Assembly: GCA_024704765.1 (NCBI GenBank)
Contig: JAKMXF010000305.1
Location: 38,682 to 102,681, forward strand
DNA: 64,000 nt
Source of the DNA: Oopsacas minuta
Lineage: Eukaryota; Animalia; Porifera
Direction of reading: 5' to 3'
Position 1 is the first letter of the stretch. Each line of letters opens with the position of its first letter. A program made the position numbers and the translations under genes. Positions 26,222-38,605 of the stretch are shown here, in pieces. The notes under the pieces were generated by a model. It worked only from the letters and a program-made list of their open reading frames with translations. It had not been told where the DNA came from and ran no database searches.

Positions 26222-28010
26222 CAGTAGAGTTCGTCTGTTAGCAATTACCTCATTAGCAAGATTCGCTTATTAGCAAGTTTTTTAGGGTCACAATGGCCTA
26301 AATTACATAAATTATGTTCCTTTATTAGCGAGTTCTCCTATAAGTAAGTTTACTCATAAACTCGACTTGCTAATAACTTAATAAGGCAACTTTTGTTCAT
26401 TTATTAACAAGAACTTGCTATAATAAGATTATTCTGTAGTATAGTAGTAAACCTAATTTACAGTCTTCAATTCAGTGGAAATTGTGGTTGCTTTTGAATT
26501 AAGTAGAAAGATTTCTCCTTAGTATACTACAGGATGTAACGAAAGTGTTGACATCCTAGATAATTCATTAAAACTTATAATATATTTGAGTGATTCGAAA
26601 TATTATCGGTTTATATATGAACCATTTCGTTCAAATACAATTCTTATACGTTCCGGCATGCTAGCTACTAAATTCTCTGAAATACTTGGGCTAATTTCTC
26701 TCCATGCTGATTTGACTGTTTCTATTAGCTGTTCACACCTTGTGATTTGGCCCTCTTCATTAACCTTCTTTTTCACTATTCCCCAAAGGTTTTCAATAGG
26801 GTTTAAGTCAGGGGAGTTCCCAGGCCATTCAATCTTATGCCAGAACCATTTGAATGATCTTGGCACCACTTCTGGGTTGCATTGGCCGTGTGTGCCGGTG
26901 ACCATCTTGCATGAAGATGAATTCGGACATCTTTTCCTACATTGGCCGCTCCAAAACCGATCCATTATTTCAACAACGGTGAACTGCTCCCATACAAGTC
27001 TTGGCCAAAATTTGATTAATGTCGTATGCACTATTTATTGTTTGCCCTTGAGGGATTATATGCAGTTCTGAAAGTAGCTGATGTGACATCATGCCCCATG
27101 CATGAATCTTTGCCGGAAATTTAATTGAAAACACCGAAGGAACATCTTGCTTATTCTTTGCCAAAACCCGATTATTTTGTTTGTTTGGCGTTGCAAAGAG
27201 CTGGAAGGGAGACTCATCTGACCAGAGAACTTTTTTCCAGTCGTTAACTGTCCAATATTGATGCTTCCGAGCAAAACTCAGACGATCTTGGATGTTCCTT
27301 TGTGATAGTCGAGGTATTTCTTGCCTTTTGAAAGACCTAACACCCGAAGATCCGTTCAAATGACGATGCACACACATCTGGGATACAGGATTGCCTCTAT
27401 GCTTTAATCTCTGTAAAGTTTTCTTGTAGATTGCCTACATTTACCGAGAGACTTAGAAATAACAATTTATCCGCCCCTTTCAAAATAGGAGGCCTCTCTG
27501 AACGAGGTTTAGTCACTAACGAACTACCTTTTCATACAAACTACGCCATCGTTTCACCGAAGAGATTGAAACATTCAAGTCTTATGCCACTTTCTTCTTG
27601 TATGAGCCCTGCATCTAGCATGCCTATAGCTCGAGAACGAACCAAGATTCCATGCTCACGGACATCCATTAATACGAAATAATGCAACAATGCTGATATT
27701 GGAAAACAATTCAAATATTAAATACTATAAGTAATTTATGTAGTCAGAAATAATCTAAAGTACTATAACTATATTTACAAAAAGTATAGGAAACAAACTA
27801 TATATGGTTCATTAATATTTTTGATTTTCATAGTAAAATAAATGGTATCAACACTTTCGTTGCACCGTGTACAATATCCTTATACATAATATTATCACAT
27901 ACAGGTATGTATATGTATATCCAACAATAGTATTTATCAAATTGATTGAGTTGCTCTATTAGCAAGTTTTTTCATCTAAAACCCGACTTGCAGATAAGCG
28001 AACTCCACTG
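26222..28010. mobile_element. pogo/Tigger-type MITE (about 450 bp) split by a nested Tc1 element
   Basis: TA|CAGTAGAGTTCG... at 26222 and ...CGAACTCCACTG|TA at 28010; TTAGCAAG subterminal repeats on both sides of the insertion. Confidence 0.65.
26530..27869 (-). mobile_element. Tc1-like DD37E element, full length, decayed
   Basis: TIRs CAGGATGTAACGAAAGTGTTGA / TCAACACTTTCGTTGCACCGTG with TA flanks. WSDESPFQLF, and MQDG...WPGNSPDLNPIE with D-37-E spacing after frameshift repair. Confidence 0.9.
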
Positions 28011-28187
28011 TATATATTCGAGATTTTCCAAAAATGAGAGCATATGAAGGTATACTATATTATCTATCCTTTCATATCATATTAACTAAGTTTCTATCAC
28101 CTCAAATGTTCAAATCTTTGAATATGTGAGTGGTAAATTGGAGTCGGTAAGTGAAAATCTGCTGTCATATACATTTTTTTAACCTAG

Positions 28188-28510
28188 ATTGCACATGTTC
28201 AAGCTGAAAGGGATATACTCGCTGAAGCAGATAATGAATGGGTTGTTAAACTATATTACTCATTTCAGGACTTAGAGTTTCTTTATTTCGTAATGGACTA
28301 TATTCCAGGTGGTGATATGATGTCTTTGTTAATTAAATTTGGTACATTTCCAGAACATCTATCAATGTTTTACGTTGCAGAATTAGTAATGGCTATTGAA
28401 TCGGTCCACAAAATGGGATTCATACACAGAGACATCAAACCAGATAACATTCTGATTGATATTGATGGACACATTAAACTGACGGATTTTGGCCTATGCA
28501 CTGGCTTTAG
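28188..28510 (+). CDS. LATS: LATS/Warts kinase exon: subdomains III-VII ([11 protein letters not shown])
   Basis: CCTAG|ATT GCA CAT reads [28 protein letters not shown]...[13 protein letters not shown]...[27 protein letters not shown], then AG|GTATGT. Confidence 0.97.
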
Positions 28511-31500
28511 GTATGTTTATCTCACCACGGACACCTACACGCGAATATGACACTCTCACATCACCCTAAAATCAGGTTAAATTCATCTTCCATAACTTTT
28601 GTTTGACTTGAAATTTCCATCCCTTTTGTCTTTAAATGCAAGGAAATCTTTGAAAATTTATCTTTGTGGGGACTTTCGTCATAACTGACACACAACTCGG
28701 CCAATTTCCTTTTAACCATGGATGGTATTGTATTCATCTAGATTACTGTAATATAATACTTTGGTGCCAAGCACAGGACAGTGTAAGTTTTGCACTATAT
28801 ATGTATTACCAACACATTAATTATTGAATATGTATAGCTCCTTAATTTATAATTTGCTATCATTTAATCGCGTATAGCCATTTTTTGAGAATTTTTCTCA
28901 ATATTTGACCCCGTTTTGTCCATGTTTACGAAGGATGAATCTTCTATCCTTACTTCTTATTATTGTGTTATCTAAGTACGTTTGAAATGTTGATGGATTA
29001 TTGAAACATTCTTCCGTTTTATACGAATGTTATTTGAACTGAAGTTGGCCATATCTGAAAAGAAAGGTGATATTTGATGCTAATCTAGTATCACCAATTG
29101 TTGGCTTCCTATTCATGGATAATTGAGCTTAAACAACTAATCCTAATAAATTTATTCGAATACCTTATTATATGAAGTGAATCAAGATAATCCTTAACCG
29201 TTAGAGTTAAGTATTAAAATCTTATGTTTCGTTAGAGGAATCTACTGTATATTTCTCCAATGATAGCATAGAATTACAGTATACTGTACTGTTTTATGAA
29301 ATATTGGACACTCTAGTATAGTGGCATTTCCAGTAACGGGGACCATTCATCGTAAACCTTGAGACAATATATGTAGTGATGGGAGTTACTTCCTAGCTTA
29401 ACAAAGCATAGCATCTCTAGACACAGAACAATATATCCAGAGTCTCAGCCACTATACCAAGCTATAATACAGGTTAGAAGCTAACACAAAGAATTCCAAT
29501 AAGAAAATTATAAGTTTCAATGCTGAAACGGTGTTTGACTTACCCTGAAATCTCTGTTGTCTTTTCTTAAAAGGATGATGGTTTCCGAGTACTCACTTTC
29601 CTAGCAAAAACAGAGAAGACTGGTATTGTTTTTTCAATATTCTTATCTAGCACTAAATATTCCTGCTAATCGCATTAATTAATTTCTCTTCTAGTCAACG
29701 AAGGCAAGCTGCATTAATAAGAGTTTAATTAGTTGAATTCATCCTTGTCACAATAATTCTAATATCTATTTGATACCTAAAAATACTTTGGTGAAATATA
29801 TATTATATAAAGGCTTTCTATAAATAATGAGTATTTAAATATTTCAATCCTGCAGCATTTGTTTTCTAGTGTTTATACCTTATGGTAAGTTCATCAACTT
29901 ACTATCTATAGGATTAATAATGTTATTTATACGAATACTAAAGCATAGAACTACGCAATTGGCATCAATTCATTTACATGCTTACCATAGCCATATATTC
30001 ATAATTTCTATTTACTGAAAAGTCCTTATTGGAGTAAACTCCTAAAATCAGGTCACCCTTTCGAATGGTTAAGAATGACTGTATAAGAGCCATCACCTGA
30101 ATACATCGTAAGGAAGTATTGTTAGAGACGATGTTATGACGTAATTGTCGCCATACAATCGTCTTCTTACAATTTCCCTTCAAACAATTTGGGCTATATA
30201 TGGACTTGGTATGTATATTAAATTGTCCATTAATTATTCTATGGATTTTAATCTGAGAAGAGCGCGAAAATATATACAATCATAATCTGTGTTTTTTTTG
30301 TTTTTTTTAAGTGGCACTAGTAATTGGTATTATTTGTATTATAGTTATACTTTATTATGCCTCCAATGAATAGTGCCACGTTTTACAACAAATTGAATTA
30401 ATGCACTTAATTATTCGTAACCATACAAAATTTGGATTTTGTTTACTGCTTGAGGTAATAATTTGTACATAACCTCATATATATTCAATTGTTCCTAGAA
30501 ATTGATGAACTGAAACAAACAAATACTAGTGCCTGGTAGTAATTTGTATCACAATTTCCTTAACCATTGTTTTCTACAGTACTCAGCGCACCTATGGAAA
30601 GTCCCATAGCCCAGCTCAGGAGACATATCCCTCTGTATAATTACAGACAGGAGTCGCCAAATTGTTTTCGAGGATCCGATCTTAGCTCACACATGTACGA
30701 AACTGACAAATATGCCTTGCCAATATTTTGATCTCTTTGTATGGACAGTGATTCCAATGTACCAAGGGAAATGTCGATACTTGCGATTGTTTCGATTTTT
30801 ACAGTGCTATAGAATTATCTATTATTTGGTAAGTCATCCCTGAGTGTCTTTTGAGCATATTAGCCCGGCCCATCAAGCAGCATAAATACAAACTCCTTGA
30901 TGACAACTGGAACTGATTCCAGAAAACACAATACTGGTAAGTGAAGATATCACTACGAATTGAGAGGCGGCTAAAGGCTTTGGCTTTAATCATTCTTCAA
31001 ATACACTCATCACAAATTATAATTCAGTAAGTAGCATCTTCTACAGAATTTTGTGTGTTTTTAACTAGTTTCGCAATTGTACTGGAATTGTTTCCCTTTC
31101 TTTATTGTTGTTGATGATTTTAAATTCTTTCTCTTAATTATTTGAGACGATTTCTGAGGTGTGCTAATCAAGCTGAGTGGTACTCCACTTCAAGAATCTA
31201 AAGCAATGGGATTTCATTCATGTCCAGGTAGCAGAGGAATGTCTTTCAAATGTGTAGTCAATTTATTCTGATAGTATGCCACATCATGGGTCCTGAATTC
31301 TTACAGGTTACCAGTTTCCTATCACAGAAAACGATCTTTAATTGTTGGTCGTTAGCATTTCCTATAATCCTAGTCAGCCGGAACAATAAATATTTGCTTC
31401 CGTCAGACTTTTATGACGGAAGCAAATATTTATTAAGGCAATTGGCTGGGTAATTTCCGATAATGTGATTTTTCAATGTCTTCACCCGATTTTCACCGTA

Positions 31501-32078
31501 CTAGCCCCATAATATCCATATATGTCGAAGGTTTGCCCCGGATCTTCACATATTTTCAATCCTTTTTCACATGCAAACTTACTAAAGGTAAAGATTGCTC
31601 CCTGAAACAAATTTCACATAAACATTGATATACGTAGTAGATACATTTTGTTGGGTAATTTCCAAGTTGTACTTCAGTATAGTTTATAACATTCAATTTG
31701 TATTCTTTTATCTTATATTTTTCCAAACCAACTCTAAAATAAGATTACTTCATTAATTGATTTCGAAATTGTATACAATTACAGTACAATATTCATTAAT
31801 GCAAACCTGTGTAGCAATGGAATATATATGGGGGCGTTAAATGTACTGATCTTTTGGAATGTTTATTTCTTCGAAGTGTTCACCTTTTGGTTAACTATTT
31901 CACCTCAAAATATAGGTACAGTGGAATCGCACTTAACGGTCAACCCAGAACAGCCGTCACCTAAATATAGAATACTACATATAATATTTAACAAATGATT
32001 GCCATCAGATACAGGTAATCCTATTTATAATACTTTTGCAAGCAGAAGCACAAAATACTTAAAATTGCTACATTTTTA

Positions 32079-33400
32079 CTAGGGCGTTCAATAAGTTTTG
32101 CGGGCGATATCATAGAACAGGATGCAAACATTATGTACACTAATTCACTATATTATTTATTCAAAGTAATCCCCTCCCGCAGATACACAAGGTTTTAACC
32201 TTCCCACGCACTTGTTAAACACATTTCTGTATTCTTCTTCGGGGATAGATTTGAAGTACTGCTACAGACCCGTTCCGAGTGCCTGTGAAGTGTTAAAATC
32301 TTTGTCTTGAAGGTAGATTTTAAGCTTGGGAATAGCCAAAGATCAGACAAAGTTGGTCTGATGAGTATGGAGAAGTAATTCTAACCCTTCTACATCCAAG
32401 AAATTTTGGTAAGCTTAGCTGTATGGGAACTGGCGTTATCAATTAAAATCTTAATTCCTCGAGTTCCGGTTTTCGGGCGGCACTTTCTGTATTTTTTATA
32501 AAATTTGGAAGCATTTGCCCTGTAAAGAAAGTAGCAATGACGGCCTTACCACTCTCACAAGGTAATTGCAAGGCAATTCCATGACTACTGAAGAAGATGG
32601 TATACATAATCTTAGGTTTTCTGAGGTGGGGCCTAGGAATTTTCGCTGGTTGTTCGTCGCCCCTCACCCATGATCACTTCTTATACTTGCTATATGGTGT
32701 TGAATAGTACACCCACGTCTCGTCACCAGTAGTAATCTCTGTTAGGCATCTAGAATCGCAGTTCTCATAAGTTTCCAAGAGTTTCTTGGCAATATTCAGT
32801 CATGCCAACCTTTGATTCTCACTGAGCTTATGCGGGACCCATTTCCCACAAATCGATCGGTAGCCAAGCTCAGTCGTCAGAATTGTATGAATAGCTCCCG
32901 ATGAAATCTCCATACTTTGTTCTAAGTGATTGACAGTAATGCACTTGTCTTCCATGACAATACTTTCAATGAGTGCGATATTCTCTGAAGTGGTGGCGGA
33001 TACCAGTCTTCCAGATCGAGGCAAATCTGTGACATCAGCATCACCAGATCTAAAACGGGCAGCACATCGCTATACAGTAGATCTGGAAGGGCAATCCATG
33101 CATAATATCTCCTGTAACTCGCTGAAGATCTGTACGAGCTGGATCTTGAGTATTGTGCGAAACTCTATGTAAGCTCGCCATTTGAGGTTGAAATTATAAT
33201 CCTTTGAAGCCATAATTCGACAGTAGGTATAAATTGGCTACACGTAATTATCTCAAACATTCATAATTTGTATTGAATAAGCTTGAAACTTTCAGTATAT
33301 GGAGTTTAACTATATGGGCTTATAATATATGAAATTAGATATATTACTTGACTAATTCCTAAGATATATCATGACCCGCAAGACTTATTGAACGCCCTGA
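32079..33400 (-). mobile_element. mariner (DD34D-type) element, full length, decayed
   Basis: TIRs ..AGGGCGTTCAATAAGT(T/C)TTGCGGG with TA flanks. Fragments PRSGRLVSA..., KWVPHKLS and KPKIMYTIFF. Confidence 0.88.
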
Positions 33401-34432
33401 TATCGTCATAATACCATGACAAATAGTAGAGCTACGAACTTTTAATCCCCTAGTACTAGTTCTTAGATGAGGATAGTATGGTGGATGCTCCATACTCCAA
33501 ATATTTCAAACACATGAGTACAATGTGATGACGACTTCAGCTGTGTCTTCATACACATAATCATGTATCCACGACAATATATATTCAACACATCAAAGTA
33601 GTAAATCACTATCATAGGGTATGTATTTATACTATTAAAACGCTAATAATCTATATATATTATTTACTAGCGCGCTCCGCTTGCTAGCTCGCTTTGCGAC
33701 AGCTTGGGCCTCAGGTTAGCTTATGGATTAAACAGCTACATTTGCCAGTGCTTTGGGGTTGCTATGCGACGGATTATACTCGGCACTACGTGCACCAAAT
33801 GAATAAAAAAGAAGAAATTTTAAGATAATATTATACATGGACCATCTCAATTGCATTTAATGGCCTTCTGTGGTTATCTTAGAGATGCTATGTCGCTTTT
33901 GGCTAGTAATCTCGGCACTTTGTACCTTGTTTATTATGAAATTCTGAATAACAAACATGAATAGATACTGGTGTGCTTCGTATGCTAGGTCTTGCCCGAC
34001 AACTGAATATTTTAGTCTTATTGGTCGCTACGCAATAAAATTACTCGGTAATTTAAAATTTAAAATTTAATTATCTATGGTCATTCATATTTCATTTAAT
34101 GGACTGTATCTCAAAACTCAGCCCTGGGGACTTAGAGTTTCTTCTTAGTTGAGGTACTCGGGTAGCGAAAGGTCTGCTTTTTCTGGGTCCTATACTGACA
34201 TTCTAATGCTAACATAGACTCAGAGTTGTGTACTCAAGAAATCGTGTAAATGATAGATTAGTACTCAATGGAAGAACTTCTAAGATGTTGAGAGACTGCG
34301 AACGAAAGTTGGAAGTTCGTTGATAGTCATCAAACGCAGGCCTAGAACAATGCATGGCTGGCCAATGATCAGAAGCTTCCTCTAGTTGTCTTCTAGTGAC
34401 ATATCGTAGACCACTAATTATTTTGACATTTA

Positions 34433-35779
34433 CAGGGTGTATAATGATTGATGCCCTCTAATACAAGAATATTTATTAATGAAATGGGTTAAGAATATAT
34501 AATAATTCATTTGCCTATATATCTCCCCTTTAGTTTGATACATTTTTTGATGCGTTCGGCATTCCTCTATACATTTTGTCCAAAATTTCCGGTTGAATTT
34601 GGGACTAAGCTAATTTTACCTTCCTGATCAGAATTTCTGTATTTGTTGAAGGTGCCATTGTATCTACTTCAGTTTGGAGAATTGACCAGAGGTTCACTAT
34701 TGGATTTAGATCCGGTGAGTTTCCTGGTCAAATACCTTTAGCCCCAAAGCCTTTCAGGTTGCTCTTACACCATTCTTGGGAAATTTTTGCTTGATGCGCA
34801 GGTGCACCATCCTGTTGAAAGATGGATTTGGACATCTCTGGCAGCATAGCTATGCTTAAACATTACCGGTTTTTCGCTTTCTTCGCATTGCAGAAAGGAG
34901 GGAATTCTTCAAAATTTCTTCTGCATAGTATCCTGCTGTTATGGTTTGTCTTTTGGGAACAATATGTAATTCTGAGAGTGCACAGTAAGACATCATGCCC
35001 CACACATGTATTTTGCTCGGAAATTTGACCCTCTTGACTGGTGGAATTTGTGAAGTATCTTTAGCCCAGATACGATCGTTTTGCCGATTCGGAGGGTGCA
35101 AAATTTCAAATGGAAATTCGTCAGAAAATAGGACACGTTTCCAGTCTTCAACATTCCAATTTCTCGTTCTTTACAGAAATTCAGCCTGGCCGCAAGCTGT
35201 TTTTTCGTTCAGCAGCGGGTGTCGTTGTCGCTTATAGGGTTTAACTTGAAGGGTCTTCCTTAAATAATTATAAACCGTGCCATGAGTGATAGGAAATCCA
35301 CTAGCAGTTATTCTCTTGGCTAGCTTTCGAGTGGATTGGTTTCTTTTACTTATTGATTAGCCAAAATTATTTTCACAACTCTAGGGATGGATGATTTTGG
35401 TCCACGGCCCCCTATTTTCCGAAGGGATTCCCCTTTCTTGTACCGACTCCACCAACGTCTGAATGTGCTAATATCTGGCCCTATTAACTTAGCGCATTTT
35501 CTTTGCGTAAATCCTGCTTCTAACTTCCCAATAGCTCGATTTCGAGAAGATAGAGGATGCTCTTTAACCATATTTAATAGACTAATTTTCAAGAAAAAAG
35601 CAAAGTTTGATTTTCGTATAAATATAGGCACCAGTTAGATGAAATAGTATTAAAGATTATGTGTATTGATAACTAAAAGGTAAGAGATTAAGATACATTA
35701 AACTAGATTCATTTTACTAGTGTAAATATAAAGGTTATTCTTAAATATAAATATAGCGCATCAATCATTATACGCCCTG
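34433..35779 (-). mobile_element. Tc1-like DD37E element, full length, decayed
   Basis: TIRs CAGGG(T/C)GTATAATGATTGATGC with TA flanks. ATG at 35571 (MVKEHPLS). QQDGAPAH...*PGNSPDLNPIV with 37-residue spacing. Confidence 0.88.
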
Positions 35780-36129
35780 TACTGGAAAAATCAACATTAA
35801 TCAATGTTGTTCTCCCAACCCCCCCCAAAGGTCAGTAAATGCAGGTGTGTATATTGACTATATTTATGGCGTAAACTTGACTCTAATCCAAAAGTCTTTC
35901 TGAATTGTTGTGGCAACATGACAATGCTAGACCCCTGCTGCTAGGGTAACAATTAAGGACGACTGTGGCGGCCTGCGCCGCCCCACTTTTATGTGAATCT
36001 TTAGTACATACAAATTCACAGAGATGGTTCGCGATAATATTTTTGTGATCTTTTCATATAATTCAGTTTTCCATCTTTCTCTAATATGTTTAGCAACCAG
36101 TTCAACCCGGAGGATCTTCTATAGTATAA

Positions 36130-36900
36130 TTCCTATTTTTTATATATTACTTCGGTGAACTCTCCGCAATACGCCACGAGGTATCCATTATTCTCCAAAT
36201 TGACGGCCCCTTTGAGCACTATAATATAGATATATTTAAAACAATTGCAATTCACAAATATCGCATTTACACTTATCTTATTGAAATATTTTGTAAGATC
36301 AACCCCCTTTGTAGCCGTTGAGAACAAGTATCCAGGTAAATTTTTTCCTGTATATTCATAAAAACAACAATATAAATACATATCAACGGACAAACAAACA
36401 AACAAATAACAGTTGAGAGTTAATATTATAGATGTTGTTTGCAATCCCATATTCATCCTTAGCAGACTTGATTACCATAGTATATCCGTTGAAAGTATGA
36501 TTCTACCTCAATTTTCATTTCATTTCCTTTATATTCGTAAAGGCAACAATAAAGTTACATATGAGAAACTTGAAAATGCGAAATTCGGATTCAGCGTGTG
36601 TAGCCGTTTTGAGCAAGCCTGTACGTATTTTGAGATTTGAGATAATTTGTTTACTTTATACTTGTATATTCATAAAAACAAAATTAAATTTACATATGAT
36701 ACCATCCAAAAGTATGAAAATCGGATTCAGCATGTTCGATATATCTAGTTTAGTTTTATTTGAATTCTATTTACTTCCTTGATAAACACGAGAATACATA
36801 GTTATGCGACAATTTCAAAATTGAATATCGTAAATCCTTTCCTTGACAACGGATAAACAGACAGACAGACAAATTCGACCTTGAATTAATAGATTACAGG
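36130..36900. repeat. Non-autonomous interspersed repeat, possibly Helitron-derived; related copy at about 57530-57900
   Basis: Shares blocks TTGTAGCCGTTGAGA, AAACTTGAAAATG and TCGGATTCAGC with 57670-57850. Contains (CAAA)n and (CAGA)n tracts next to ..TATAGAT/..AATAGAT ends. Confidence 0.4.
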
Positions 36901-38605
36901 ATTAGATATAATTATTTGATCACTTAAGTTGAACTGTCATACTTATGCTCAACTTTGGTTTGCATTGAGAACAAATGTAATCTCCAGGGGAGTTGCTCTT
37001 GTACCTTATATTTGAGGGGTTCACGATCCCTTCAATTTAACTTTATTTATTCTGCGATGATCACAATTCAGGGCCGCCCCACCAGTCTCGAGCTTCTGCC
37101 GGGCCTGGTAACAATGAAATACATGAATATGAGGGATTTAGTATTAATAAAACAATCGGCATACAGTCTAGAATTGAATCAGTGCTATAGTTTGGTTTTA
37201 TGGACCTCAAAAAGCATCTAATGCGATGTTAATTTCTAGTGCCGAATTATCCAAGTGAAAACGCTGTAATACATGAGAGAGCTGCCATCAAAACGTTTCC
37301 TCTCAAATTCAAAGATTTTATCTGTATTGTAAGTCAGTGATTGAATGTAATGAAGATTACGTTACTTAAATCAATGTCAAACCTAGTTAAATTTCCCATA
37401 AAATGACTTAGAAATTGGATCTCATTGCTTTTTTTTCAGACCACGTATTTAACGTCATAGAAAAGGTATATGAACCTACAGTCTGTACAGAAAGCATTCA
37501 AATCAAGATTTCAACACTTTATTTACATCATAAAATCACACATTTTCCTGCCTGTATTTGGTTAATAGAGAAAGCAGAGACTTTGTCTCTGCTTTGTTTC
37601 TGCTTTGTTTTTCCAAAGAAATTTAATATGAAATTGGCCAAAGTCCGATTTTCCTTATACACGGGGTAATTAGGACTTTTTTGTTGATATTGGTTGGATA
37701 TTTGCCAGAATTATAGTTCATTTGTTAGAATTTTATTTGAAGTTTATTTTTGATATTTTGTCACTGAAACTGTGCTCATTATAGAAAGAATTTTCCAAAA
37801 CTGTGGCAATTCCAGTTTTTGACACTTGATACTGCCTATACTTAATTAAAATGTAATTGACCAAACTTTGGCAAGTAGCCGAATTTAACTAACAAATTAG
37901 AGAATTGCTGAGAATTTTGGTTTCTAAATTGCAAAATGGAGCCATTTCAATGAACTTCTTCCGAATTTTTAGTTAATTAGCATTTTTCGAATAGATTAGC
38001 TATAATTGGAGTCAATTTTCAGTTTCTTTGGGAAACAATTTCCATCAGTGTTTCATGATAAAGCGATATTCAAAATTTCTATACCTTAACCGATTAGGGC
38101 CGAAATGTTGCGATCGTAATTCGATGCATCACATTAGTATTTACTTCGTTTTAACCAATCCCCGCACTCAAATCGGGAGTTCAGCACCTTATTGACCTCT
38201 TTAAATCACACATTTTTCCGGCCATATTCGGTTAAACCAATTTTCACGATGCTTTATTAATGGGTTCACGTTTTTTTCTACAAATTGCAATAGAGAGTAG
38301 TATGAGGAGTCAGAGAATTTTCTTTCAGCTTATCCCTTAACCATCTTGAAAATTCTTCCGGCACATACTTTATTTCTCTTACTGGATTATCGATTCATGG
38401 ACTAAATTTCTAGTTTGAACCAAGTACAAATCGACCTACAGGTGGATCAAACTCCATACGAATGACCACTCAGTTTTGGGTTACTTTACTGTTTGTGGCT
38501 ACACGCACTATTCAGACATTAATTGCTTCCTGCAATTATAATTCAGAGTTCAAAATCGCGATGCATAGCGACAGTCACGGATGATTTATACACACGTGCC
38601 AAGTA